A stretch of 62,592 bases of DNA, filler included, from Choristocarpus tenellus KU-1152 (Eukaryota; Protista; Phaeophyceae), in assembly GCA_964200185.2 (NCBI GenBank). It is 16 parts of 16 records of this genome, joined end to end, with 100 filler letters (N's around TTAATTAATTAA, not from the genome) between each part and the next. Parts side by side here need not be neighbours in the genome. Positions count along the whole stretch, not along the records: positions 23,211 to 27,503 come from CAXNAD020015250.1; positions 27,604 to 30,523 come from CAXNAD020023654.1; positions 30,624 to 33,742 come from CAXNAD020022190.1; positions 33,843 to 37,955 come from CAXNAD020016147.1; 12 more parts are not named here. One strand, written 5' to 3'. The translations under genes were made by a program, and so were the position numbers. Shown here piece by piece: positions 23,535-35,916 of the stretch; position 1 is the stretch's first letter; each line of letters begins with the position of its first letter. The notes under the pieces were generated by a model. That model ran no database searches and was not told the origin of the DNA. It worked only from the letters and a program-made list of their open reading frames with translations.

Positions 23535-26500
23535 GTGACGAGCCTGTTAAGTTACACCAGGCCTGAGCGCCTGGAGGGCTCTAACCAGTACCACTGTGAT
23601 AAGTGTAACTCCAAGCAGGATGCGCTCAGGTCCCAGACCCTCCGCAGCCTGCCTCCGTTGCTCATCTTCAGCCTTAACAGGTACTGTATGTATGTAACAG
23701 GTACTGTATGTATGTAACAGGCACTGCTTGTTACAATTCATGGACTAAATATATATATATATATTTTTGCGGGGGGCGGAGGCAGGGGCAGGGGCGGAGG
23801 GATTGGATCGTGCAGAATATTTGAGGAAGATTCTGATGATTTGATTTCATTGACTAAGGAATTGGAGGATGTGGAGTGCTCACTATGTGATGTTATTTGC
23901 CACTAGTGACATGAGTAATTCCACATATATTGTGGATGGTTTCTTGTACAGTCATACCATACTACTGAATATAGCTGCAACAATATTTAAGCCACTGGCA
24001 GGCACAGGTCTTGGGGTTACGTGTGTAGAGTGATGTGGAAGATTTTTGAGGGGGGTCTAGAATAGATTCTAGACGTCAGAATTATGTTTTTGGTGTTTTG
24101 GTCTGGATTCTGTAGATGTTGGGCTAGGGCCGCAGGGATCGAGAAGGGTTTGGCTTGGCCTAGTTTCTTGTCGGAAGGGTTTTTTGTTTTTTGAAGGGGG
24201 TTTCAGCAGAGTTCCAAATGAAAGGGTGATGCATGGAGTGATTCTTTGACCATAATAATAGGGCTTAGAGTTTGGGGGTTGAGGTTTCTGGACAAGGGGG
24301 TTAGGGTTTGGTTTGAAGGTTGCAGACGTTTGGGTTAGGGGTGGGGTTGAGATCTCTGTCCTAAGACAATAGTAATACCACACTGCTGGCTCTATTTTCT
24401 TACTATATTTATTTCCATGATGGAGGGTTAGGGGTTGGGTTTTGGGGTTTAGATCATTTGGTTCGGGGTCTTAGAGTCAAGTTAAACAGGAAGGGGGGGG
24501 TGCTACTGAGTTTTATGGGACTTTCTTTTTGACCCATGTTTTTGGATCACTCAGTCCTCACCTGTGTAGTGGATTTTAACTCTTGTTTTGTGGGTATGTT
24601 CAGTTTGTAGAAGCAAAGGTTGTACTTATCGATACCCTTTTTTAAATGTCTTCCATTTTCAATGACTTAAAAAAAAAAATAGACATTTAAAACTCGAAAA
24701 CGACCAAAAGCTCACACCCATCTCGGTTACTTCAACTCTTAGGATCTTAGTATTATGATTATATATATATACAATTGGGTTTAAGATTTAGATAGGAGGT
24801 TAGGGTTAAGATTTTTGATGTACGGCTAGGGTAGGGGTAGGTATCTTGCAGTACTATTACAGTTGTAGGGCAATGTGACTGGGATTTAGAAGGTAGGGAT
24901 ATTGATAGTAGAGGTCGAGAGCTGTCAAATGTGTGTGCTTTGTTGGTCCCATTGTGCTAGTCCATTTGTGCTCAGCAGAAGGTATTGGGGATGGTTTGAT
25001 GTAGGTGAGGGGGAAGAGTGTAAGAGGGTTTGTAGCTCTTGACTCAACTGCTTCTATATAATATTTTCAGCAGTCTTCTATTTGTAAGGCTCTTTAATTA
25101 ACCAGGAAACAAAACACCAACTGTCTGTGTTGTTGTCAATGAAGAAGCTGAAAAATAGTTGAAATGGTGTTTTGGTTAACAAGTTGGTCGTATCTTCCTT
25201 ACCAAGCAAGAAAGCCCAATCCCACCCCACCCCCCACCCCCCACCCCCCACCCCCCACCCCCCGCTCATCTTGTCCTCTTCCTATTTAATTTTTTGTTCC
25301 TGGTGATGGTGTGTGTTGCACTTGTCCACCCTGTGTGCGGTAAAAGGTTTGAATTTGACATGACTTCGTTGGAGAGGGTGAAGGTGAATGACAGGTTTGC
25401 GTATCCCCTCACCTTGGACATGTCTCCATTCTTGGAAGGGAGGGCATGGGAGGGCAATGACAACTCTGATGAGAGCCAGGTAATTTATGAGCACCGCTTT
25501 TTTTTTGGTTATCACTTTGCTGTAAGAATAAAAAGGAGAGTTTGCCCCCACCCCCTACAAGTATGGACAAGATGCAATGCCTGTTAGGTCCCTATGAAAC
25601 TTCCACCCCAGTGATGCAGTGTGACAGTGAAAGAAGCTGATGATGATTTCATGGATTCGGTTACATATTTTATTGATATTTTTTTGTACGGACCCTTTAT
25701 ACCTTAGTGCTGAGTCGGCGGAGATCTCTGATTTTTTATTGGAATTGGGCAGCCCTTGCCGATTTGTCTTATTTGCATCCCTGGTTCAGTCCTGTGATCC
25801 CTTTCTTTTTGAGTCCCCCCGTTGTTGGCCCCTGTTGTCGCCATGTGTGTGGATTGTTGTTGAGACTGTGTATACCAAATTCAAATGTAAAGGGTGATGA
25901 ATTGTTGTTAGGACTACTGATACCAAATCCAAACAGTACCTAAAAGGGTGATGAATAGTTGTTGGGACTACTGATACCAAATTCAAACAGTACTTAAAAG
26001 GGTGATGAACAGTTGTTGGGACTACTGATACCAAATTCAAACAGTACTTAAAAGGGTGATGAACAGTTGTTAGGACTACTGTACCAAATCCACAGAGCTC
26101 CACTGCCATTATTTATGATACTGATGGTTTTGAAGCACCACTGATGAATTTGTGTAATAGTTTATTTTAAAAAGGGTTTGATTGTTTGGCTGATTGGATC
26201 CTGCAATGTGTGGCACTCTTGTTGTATTCTAGTCTCTGTAGCAGCTTGGTTAGTCGATTGATTGGATCCTCAATGCAGAATGCCCTCTTCTTGTATTGAA
26301 GTAGTTTCTATGGTAGTATGATTGATTGGATCCTGAATGCAACTCGCTCTCATTTTTATCATGCTTAAGTGTGATACTACTGTGATGATTGATTTTTTCT
26401 TTTTATGGTATAATATACATATGTCACCTACTATTGTATGTTTGAATCCTGAGGGACAACACACTTGCAAACATGACTCTTGTTTTTTTTTCTGCTCTGT

Positions 26501-27503
26501 TGTTATGTGCTGTCCAGATTTCTTATGTTCCAGCAAAACCATACGTGTATTGGGGCAAATATTTTTTGACAGGAGAGGGGTGTGTATCTGCTGATTTGTG
26601 CGCATTCATGATTAATTTACAAGAATGTGATTTCAAAACATTTATTCTTCTGTGTAATCTTGCATTGTCTGTAGCACTACAGGGCATCTACAAATGTGCT
26701 ACTAGTGTCACGCATGTTGGCATGGAAGAGTGTTCTTCCCGGCATATCTTCTCCATTGATAGATAATGAATCGCCCAATATATTACTGTAGTAGTGTCTT
26801 ACCACCCCCCACCCCCCTACGCTCCATCATTGCATACTTGACTTACACCCACACGAAATCAACAACTGCCTCAGAAGTTGTGTTGTGTCAAAAAAATAAC
26901 ATCCAACTGAAGTGGTCCTTGCTTGTCTGTTTTCCTCTAACAATATTATTGATAATGATGTTTTTTTTTGTCATCAACTGGTATATTAGAACATAATAAA
27001 ATTCACTAGTCCTGAAGATGCAGTTTTCATTTTTGTTCAATCTACCCCTCGTAAAGATGCTTTAAAGTATGATTTAAAAAAAGTTGCACTCAATAGCACT
27101 GTTACCTATCCGTGATTCCTCAAGTCAAATAATTCTATGATACAGTAGTAAATAGTATTACCTTTGATTGCATCATCCCCTCAAGGTGGAGGCCCTTGCT
27201 GGGGATATCAATGCACCCGGCAGCCTCCGCTCCCAACAGACATGGATCAGGGAGGCATGGGCAGAGGCAGAGTCGGAAGCCCGACAAGTTTTGTTAGGTT
27301 CACCACACCGCCTGGTCTCCACACCAGAACTCCTCATGGGTTCATCCTTTGGGGATGCTGGGGTTGCCATTTCTGGTAGTGTCTCCAGATCAAATCCAAG
27401 TGCAGAAGGCTTAAGTCTGGAGGGAGGAGGTGGGGGGGGGGGAGTAGAGCCCAGGGCTAAGGCAGGGGCATCGGTGGCAGGGGGGGCTGAAGGGGGGCGG
27501 GGG
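23535..27503 (+). CDS. Ubiquitin-specific protease (peptidase C19, USP7/USP47-like), three internal exons
   Basis: Exons 23535-23680 (ERLEGSNQYHCDKCNSKQDA...LPPLLIFSLNR), 25347-25479 (FEFDMTSLERVKVNDRFAYPLTLDMSPF) and 27186-contig end. Splice phases agree; these are standard USP finger and LP...L.RF...K.ND...P..LD motifs. Confidence 0.93.
25855..26092. repeat. 54-bp minisatellite, ~4 copies, intronic
   Basis: Unit aagggtgatgaa(t/c)agttgttgggactactgataccaaattcaaacagtacttaa; seen as an 18-aa period in ORF 25786-26109. Confidence 0.9.
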
Positions 27504-27745
27504 NNNNNNNNNNNNNNNNNNNNNNNNNNNNNNNNNNNNNNNNNNNNTTAATTAATTAANNNNNNNNNNNNNNNNNNNNNNNNNNNNNNNNNNNNNNNNN
27601 NNNCTGCGCTGCGGTCGCTACCCCCACGTCTCATTATTTTCCATTGTCCAATTGTGTGTTAATGCATGTACATCACCGACTGTTGTATCTCACCTGTACT
27701 ACTTCGTACTGTTTTGCGCTACCAATTTCGTGGTACTTCGTAAAG

Positions 27746-29629
27746 GTGGATCCCCGCGTTACGTTGTTGCACCCAATTTATGATTTGGAAAAATACTATC
27801 CTACCTCTTTAACGCTCTCCTTCGATGACACGAGCGACAGGTATTCATGCCCAAAGTGCTCAATCACGCATATGGGCGAATGTGCCTACATGGAGATTGT
27901 AGGCGATGAGAGGCACAAGGATCGATTATGTATCAATTGCCCCATGGCACAGGAGAGCAGCGAAGGGTCTGGATCGGTAGGGAAGGAAGCGTCGGGTCGG
28001 GCGAGGGGCAAGGGCAAGGGTAAGGGCCACACAAGGAGCGCAGGCGGGTCACCCACGAGGCAAAGCCTTTTACGTCCCCCCTCACGCAGCGAAACGGCGG
28101 ACATGGAGAAGGGCATGTTGGTCTCGGCGTGGTTGCACATTATACGGACATACAAGTCGTCTCTGCGTGTTCAGTTTCGCATTGGTTTGCACTTGGGTCT
28201 TCGCTGCTTGTACATCATGTGGATTGCTTGTCCTTTGTGCATTGGATGTGTCGTTTTTTGGAGATTTCCATGGACCATGGAACTTAGTGTTTTGACGTCT
28301 ACCCTCCTTGCACGAGATGTATCTGATGGGTCTGGCGTTGTGGAGGGTGCGGCTTGGCTTTTTGGGGATGCCTTCGAAATATTGTCAGCATCTCACTTAA
28401 TGATACGATTGCCTGCACTGTTGCTTACGACGCTGCCCTTCTTGTCGTGCTGTCTGTATACCGTGTCGTGTGTCATGATGTCCAACTAGGACTGAGAACA
28501 CTGCACTACACGACCTTTGCCCTCTCAACCCTACATGATACCCTTAGACGGCCTCCTGAAAGAGTTCGCGTTCCTAAACGTGCCAAAGCTCGCCGTAGTC
28601 TCCATTGCCGCCGAGCCAAGACTCCTCAACGACGAAGAGGCGACCAATGAACACTTGTGCCAGGTGGTTAAGTGCTTGCAGATGAACCTATATCCTCAGG
28701 GCACCATCGCGCTATTTGCGCCCCAGCCGTGGGCTTCGCACTTACACCGCCTACACAGTGAGTTCGGGAGTTCACCAGCGCTGAAATACAGGGTATATTG
28801 CTGGAGACTATTGCAATCCGCCATGGCCGTTATCAGTCCGCCCGTGTGTCCATCAAATATTGTGCGGCCGTTCAGGAGATGCGGATTATGTCGTGTGTCT
28901 TTCTTTTTCACTTTCCCCATATTCTTTCATGTTCTTCGTACCTTGTATTTCCTTTTGTGTCTCTTGCTCTTTCCCCCGGGTCGTTCGTAGTTCTTTGTTT
29001 CATTGTACGCGAATCGCATGCTAGTGTAACTTGTCTTCACTGCATGACTTTTGCCGTCTTTCCTTCTATTACAGAATTTCCTTTAGTTTGCATTTTTTCC
29101 CCATTTGTTATTTGCCTTGCGTTCCACAGTCATGGTACTATTATAATATTAGTGGTATGAGATTTCATTAATCCCTACGATAACTACTTGTGTGATGTCA
29201 CTGTCACGTTTGACGCATGCCGGACCCACACGCTCGCTCCCACCTTCTCTTCATTCTGGACCTCTTATGGCGTCAAGGGTGGGCTTGGTTGTGGAGGATC
29301 ATCCCCTGCTTATAATGTACAAGACGAGGGGGGGGGGGCACCCTCTCGCAGGCATTGATAACCATCTCAGATGTTGCCAGGACATGATTCTTCTCGCGCA
29401 CAACGATGGGACAGAGTTCACGTACAACAAGCAAGTCACTGTCAACGACATCTTTGGCCACGGGAGTGATCCATCTCCTCCGGTACTCCAAACCATGTGT
29501 GAGGTCGAATATCAAGGTGCTGCAACGGACATCCCCATAAGGGCCCTCCACTTCCTCGTCAACAAGTTCGTTAATAACGTCACACACACCCTTCTTCACG
29601 GTAGCAGGGACTTTTTTGTACAGGTGTAG
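27746..29629 (+). pseudogene. Spliced gene with a PHD-like Cys/His finger and a degenerate amino-methyltransferase-like region, upstream of a transposase
   Basis: Exon ~27746-28111 contains CPKC..TH.GEC..(13)..LCINC. Exon ~28490-28792 reads D*EHC...VVSIAAEPRL...LCQVVKCLQMNLYPQGTIALF. Exon ~29279-29580 reads PLLIMYK...DMILLAHN...DIPIRALHFLVNKF. Confidence 0.45.
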
Positions 29630-29867
29630 AACATCGTTAAACACTAACACAACAAGCTGGGTGACGATTCAGGGGCGTCAAACCATACCACAAGTGACCT
29701 TCCACAAATCAGTATGTTAAGCGTCTGTCCGCACCAAAAGTGTGTTGCCCTATATCAGTAGGTTATTCTTTGATGTGTGATATGATGAATCCGTGCGCAA
29801 TACAATGTACTCCTCGGGATAATTGACGAACTGCCCTCCTATGATAGGTACACGCCAAAATATGTAA

Positions 29868-30523
29868 TGGACGGATTTTCAGGATCATGGATCTCAGGGT
29901 GGCCCCACCGACCGCCCAGGACTCAAACAAAGTTTGTACGCACGGTTTCGAATCTAATCACTCCTAGATCTTCTCACTGCCCGAGACCGCCTATTGCCCG
30001 AAAACACCATGACAGTTGCTTCCACAGCAAGGGGGTGGCTTTTGTCGCCTGCTCTTCCCCTGTGTTGCCGCCCCCTCACCAGCCCGCCAACAACGATACG
30101 CTGGAGGTTTCAACCAATGACGCTTCAGCGACCGGCGCCAACCTTTGCCGAGGATGGTCTGAACCCATCCCTGTCAAGGAACAGAGTGACTGCTGCAAGC
30201 GCTTAGCCTGTGTGAAGAAGTTCGTGGCAGATGGCGAGTCCTTCCTTGCAGGCACGTTGGTCAAGGAGCAGGACATCATCCGGGCGTGTGAGAACCGCCG
30301 CGATCGCAAGCACTTCGTTGGCGACCGTGCACTTGTGATTAAGTTGGGACCTGGAGGTGGATCTATACTCGCGGCCGGTATTCCCGTTTGTGTACGCGGT
30401 TTTTCAAGGCATCGTTCGGGATATCCAATCATGTCATCGACGCTTGCAAAGGCACACCTAACGCAAGAGCATCCACCGACGTGGATAGGTGGGTTTGATG
30501 TATGTACACGGTGTTACTTGTAC
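29868..30523 (+). mobile_element. Second copy of the Sola-like transposase 5' region (upstream sequence plus exon 1), frameshifted
   Basis: Colinear with 11263-11901. ATG at 30009; CCKRLACVKKF...GIPVC / FFKASFGISNHVIDACKG; same AG|gtgggt donor at ~30488. Confidence 0.75.
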
Positions 30524-33500
30524 NNNNNNNNNNNNNNNNNNNNNNNNNNNNNNNNNNNNNNNNNNNNTTAATTAATTAANNNNNNNNNNNNNNNNNNNNN
30601 NNNNNNNNNNNNNNNNNNNNNNNCCCCACCCCCCTCCCAGATACTTTGGGTCAAGCCTCACACGACCCCCTTTGCTGAACGTGATTACATGGTTGAAAGA
30701 AGAGAAGAGTGACCTTGGTGTGGTGTCTTCTCATTGCTTGTTTATTACTTATTTGTGCTTCATACAAAGGTCCATGGTTATGTCAAAGTAGTTGAATGCA
30801 GAATAAAAACCCATACATATTCCCATTCATGATCCGGATGTACTATCTCATTAGTTACATCTCTCATACAAAAAATAAGGTACACCTCACTATTGTCGTA
30901 CTTTGCACAAAACGAATGCTCCTTGTTCGCAAGGTGGGTCGCATGCATAAGGAATGAGCAACTGCCATGCATGTGGGAGCCGACCCTGTTTGGGAAACCA
31001 TCCACCATATCAAGGGAGGTAGGAATACGTGCAGGGATCACACCGTGATTGTGTCTGTTCAAGTTTCCTAACTTCCACCTGTCATCCTTCACCTCGCACA
31101 CAAAATTATAAATAGGTCGTTCAACGTGCCACAAAAGCAGATGGAAACATGAGGGGGTGACTCCCTTAACCCCCCCGCCTTCCCCCTCAAGCAGGGGTGA
31201 CTTCTCACGTGCACGGTAGTACCTCCCAGAGGTAACATTGATATTTGGGGAACTTGCAGATGGAAAGCAAAGCAAGTCGGACAGAAGAAGAACTAATGGA
31301 TGTGCCGACAAGATGATCTTGATGAGTTCGGAATCATGGTTGAGGAATAGAGTACAAGGGTAACAAATCAACACAGGCTGGTATTGCGAGTATGTGGTTG
31401 ATAGAACAAAGAGCTTAATGGTAAGTGAAACGTCAGAGAACCTGAGATGCTGGGTGACTTACAGCATCATGCTATGGCAGCTGGTGGTAAGGTACCCCCA
31501 AAAAGATCAGGGCACATTCGAATACTTACCACTGCCTGATGAATATTTTTTTTCTCGACGTTCTTGTCTACCTCTTTTTCTGTGTGTGACATGTTGTAAT
31601 TGGGGTCCGGACTAGTTTTTCCTTCCCCCCTGATCCCATAGGAGGACCCAGGTATTGGGTGCTAGTGCATCATGCATGGGTTTTCTTGGCTTACCCTTCA
31701 TAGAGCCTTCCTAGTTCAGGGGTGGTAGATTGGGCAGTGATCCTCTATCAATTTCGCGGGCTAGAACCTTTTCAACGCCAGACTTCTTTCAAGGAAGACC
31801 TTGTTTTTATGATCCATAGTCCATGTGCCAAGTAGTATAGATCGGGCACTTATTCTGTCCTGTAGGTTTCTACCATATCGTAAAAAAGTGGGAGAAACTA
31901 AAATGAGGTGGCAACCCTTAATTGCTGAGCTACGCCATGGCAAGTCAGCAAAATATTTGTGGGAGGAGGGGGAGTCACGACCAGTGGGGTGGCTGAACCA
32001 TGCACATCAGAAGGAAGACACAAACAGACGTAGCACAGAGCCAAAACCTATTGAGATATAGTCAGCTTTGGGCTCTATTGCATTCTAAGCCATCTTTCTT
32101 ACTCTGTGCAATAAACTCTATTTATTATTGCTTTGTGTCCACAATAGTGTACGCAAAGCTGACATCCCCCCTTTCCACAATCAAAGCTAACCACAATTCA
32201 GAAAAGGCTCTTTGCGGAACTATTCAGAATTACCATTTTTTTCCCCTTTTTTTGGATCCTCAAAATTCAATTTTGTCTACCTCTCAGTTAATTAGATTCG
32301 CAATCAGTTGTAGTGCAACAGATAGTGAGTGGATAGTATTAGAATATGTGGACTGTGTTGAATCTCTGACGACCGGAATAATCACAAGGCTGAAGCGAAC
32401 ACTACTACTGTTCAAAGTAACTTCCAAGAAATTTGGAATATATATATTTTTCTCCTTTTTTTCTGCTTTCTTGCTATGTTTCAGTTGTATTTCCTCTGTC
32501 TGTTCAGTACCATTTTTTGACCAATCTGTAGGATCGTCTAAGCATGGAGAACAAGGTGGTATCAGATTTGTATGGTGTTTTGAGGGGGTCATTCAAAAAC
32601 CTATCATTATGAGGTATCTTAGGCTCTCAGCGAAATCCGACTTAGCCTATACCTGTTCTTCGCATCCAGTTGCGAAACCGCAAGAAATGCTTTCCGATGC
32701 AGTATTTCCAACCTCCCTCCCGCAAACTGTTCAAACTGATGATGCTGACAGAGGAAATAGAATTATATGACATTATTTTCCTTTTGACTATAAAAACTGT
32801 TGTTTTTGTGTGTGATATTTTTGTACAATATAGAGGTAGGTGTGCACAGCTGGTGCTGAAGAAATGGATCCGTTTGTTGCGGAAAAAGCACATGGACCAT
32901 ATTGTGTATCCTCTTCCACCCTTCGACCACAATTCCCCCCAAACCAGTTCCGGAAAAGATAAACCCCTAACCCCGTTCCTAAACTCGTCCAAGTTTCAGA
33001 ACCAAAACAACTCGATAATTAATTCCAAATTTGATGTTCAAAATATAGTTGTATTTTACCCAAACTGAACATATCTCTCCTCTGATGCCGCTATTGTATT
33101 AGAGAATGTACAATATTCCACACAAAGATCATTCCACCTCCCGACAAACCTCGTTTAACGACCCCAATCACCTACAACAAAAATATCTTACAATAAAAAA
33201 AATGATTTAATTCACATGTCGTCTGAAGAAGCTGGAGCCAATAATCAATAATTTGAGAAAAAAGCTTGAGATCTTCTACTACAACCACTATTAATTCTAA
33301 TATGTACTGTTAATGATATGTAGAAATATTAGGACACTGAATTCCCTTCTCAAGCTTAAACGTAGGTCAAATTCCATCCTCCATCCAGGGGATGGAACAA
33401 CTTAGTTACCCCTCCTTTCCACTCAGTGGCAAGAAGGACATGAAGCGTAGGTGGCCATTGCAGTTCACAGTAGCCTTGCACCTGTTCTTACCAAACACTC

Positions 33501-33593
33501 CATTGAGCCCGCTTCTCATTCTAATATAAAGTGATGTTGGATAGTGATTACCTCATCAAGTTCGAGGGCTTGTTTATACCGGATTTCTTTCTA

Positions 33594-33674
33594 GAGCCAA
33601 AGTATATTAGAGTGTAGGGTCTTGTCCATTTGGGGGTCAAAACCCATTGTTGCGATTTTGATGTAGTTTTTGCT
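33594..33674 (+). mobile_element. MITE family A 5' portion, interrupted by a family C element
   Basis: gagccaaagtatattagagtgtag...gtccatttggggg.caaaa...gcgattttgatgta matches 10327-10400. Confidence 0.75.
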
Positions 33675-33742
33675 GGGTCAAAGTATCTGGGGTGGGGGGT
33701 GCCGGCGTCCGTTTTTGACCCTGGCTCAATGTATCTAGGGGG
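33675..33742 (+). mobile_element. Repeat family C terminus
   Basis: gggtcaaagtatctgggg...gccggcgtccgtttttga.cctggctc matches 23043-23110. Confidence 0.8.
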
Positions 33743-33947
33743 NNNNNNNNNNNNNNNNNNNNNNNNNNNNNNNNNNNNNNNNNNNNTTAATTAATTAANN
33801 NNNNNNNNNNNNNNNNNNNNNNNNNNNNNNNNNNNNNNNNNNCCTATTCCTTACCAAAGGAAAATATAACCCCTTCCCCACCCCCCCCCCCCCCCCCCCC
33901 CCAGTAAGTAGGAATGTCAGGAAATTAAAAATATGTACGCCATTCAC

Positions 33948-35007
33948 CTGCAAGCTTGTCCGGCCCCAGGATAAGGGCAGCAACTGCAAGGCACACGGCA
34001 ATCTCAGGAGCCCCCAGACCAAACAGACCCATGGACATTCCAGATGAACCCTGCCCACGACGGTTTGTGCTTGTTGAGACGGCTCTTGGTGCCAACTGAA
34101 AGCTGGCAGCCATGAAGGCACTGTTACGTTGCCTGGCGGATTGTAACAAGGATTGGATTAGCAATGAAGGGAAAATGTAATCACAGAGGTAGAAGGGGGG
34201 AAGGGATTGGATCATACGGTGTTTGCTGCCAACTAATACAAATTACAGACCCACAGGGAAAGACAGAAACTAAAACACTCCTACAGTTCAGAGGGGTAGT
34301 ACAGCACTGATGGAACAGATGCGGGCTAAGCACACTGCAAGTGACAGAGGTGAGAATAAAATCGACATCGCAGTCGATGAAACACCAAGATTTTGTTACA
34401 GTCTAAAGTAATCACCTAATCACTTGGCGGAATTTGAATAACTTGTTGAAGAGGGTGAGGATATTTCCTGGAAAGAAGCACATTGGTAGTGCACCGCGAG
34501 CCCATTCAGAAATTCATTGAGTTGTCTGGCCAGGGGCGGGACAGATATACATCGTAACATCAAGTTCCCCGTCTGTTGAGTCCCACGATGCTACTATATC
34601 GTGTCCTGCTTCGTAACCTAGATTGAAGGATTAAGTCACAACAAAACCATTTCTTGCTTCGGATCATCTTGATCACAAATTGTTGCCACATCTGAGAGAA
34701 ATACTAAAGATAAAACAACCGCGATTACAACCGTCTTGACTAGAGTTTAGAGTAGAGACATTGCGACACAGGCTGAGAGGGGTACAACACCGGGAAGACA
34801 AGAGAGGCTCCCAGCGTTAGGAAAACAGTTCCAGTTGGAGGTGTGCATTTAGTGCCGTGATCACCTCAATGGCGCTGTTGCTGATGAGAAAGACAAAGCC
34901 GCCCTCTCTTGAGCAAGTGCCGGGCGTGGGGTAGCGATATGGACAAAGGCGTGTCCCACACGTGAGCCCAGAGCACACAGGCAGGCGAACGCGGCAACCA
35001 GCTTCAT
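33948..35007 (-). CDS. Plastid thylakoid Tat translocase subunit TatA/TatB (Tha4/Hcf106 family), first two exons
   Basis: Exon 34865-35007 MKLVAAFACLCALGSRVGHA-FV... (signal peptide plus Phe). Phase-2 join to exon 33948-34132 ...MGLFGLGAPEIAVCLAVAALILGPDKLA, the TatA/B transmembrane-hinge motif. Confidence 0.9.
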
Positions 35008-35916
35008 GATGACTAGCGTATGAATGTCCTGCACAAGGGAGGGTGCGGTTTCAAATCGTGCTGGTTAGCCGAATTCCACAAAGTGGCGCTGCAGTCACAT
35101 GGTCTCAGTTTTGAATGATTTGTAGGACAAAGAAACTGGCTCCCCAACAAGAAGTTGGGCCCTTATCGAGCAACAGTGATGCAGAAATCAAAGCAGAACT
35201 GAGTACATAGTTTAATGTTGAACCAAACGGTGATGATATGCACTTCTAGGCAGATCCTTCATGGAGCAAACCTGAATTCGACAATAAAGTCAACATTACT
35301 TTCCCTTCAATTCCGTTCGACTAACATTCATGAATATGAACGACACTCTGCACACTCTTCGCAAACGTCGAATAGGATATCATGGCAAAATCTATTTCTA
35401 CGAATCTAAACCAAAAGGAGTTACCGGTTGAGGAAGAGATTCCTGACTCGATTTGAAACTCAGACTAGATGGGCAAGAGAGGTGAGAGGTTGGCAACCCC
35501 ACACACCCTTTTGCATGAAGAACGCCATCTATTGTAGTAGTTGAAGTTAACTATTGAATTTGATATAATCCAACCAATAATCAAATTCATGTAAGAGGTA
35601 TAGTATACATGAATACAATAATATAATCCAACAAACTTTGAACATAGTTGAAAGGTAATGTGATTGTTTGTGCTTTTTTGTTGGGAACTCTCAAGATGGA
35701 TAGTGTATTGATGAAGACAAGTGTCATATGTGTTGACGACCACAATCATCTTTGCCCACTCCCTAAACGAGTCAACAGTCAACCTGTGACGTGGAGAGGA
35801 GAAAGAAGGGTTAGACAGCTCTACCCTTCCAAATTTAGTACGGAATTTGTTGTGCTAAGAATTGCTTTAGACAGTGGGGTGCAACATCCACAACCGTTGT
35901 AATCGTTGAACCTTGG
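35008..35916. promoter_or_regulatory. Putative bidirectional promoter / 5' UTR region
   Basis: ~0.9 kb between divergent start codons at 35007 (-) and 35917 or 35935 (+). Confidence 0.55.

Noticed and set aside
25855-26092. 54-bp repeats as a CRISPR array or repeat protein
   Set aside because: No unique spacers, no cas genes, and the tract lies in a USP intron
32000-33068. 256-aa and overlapping ORFs
   Set aside because: Composition looks like translated intron or low-complexity DNA. One possible minus-strand exon (~32650-32745) could not be linked to anything.
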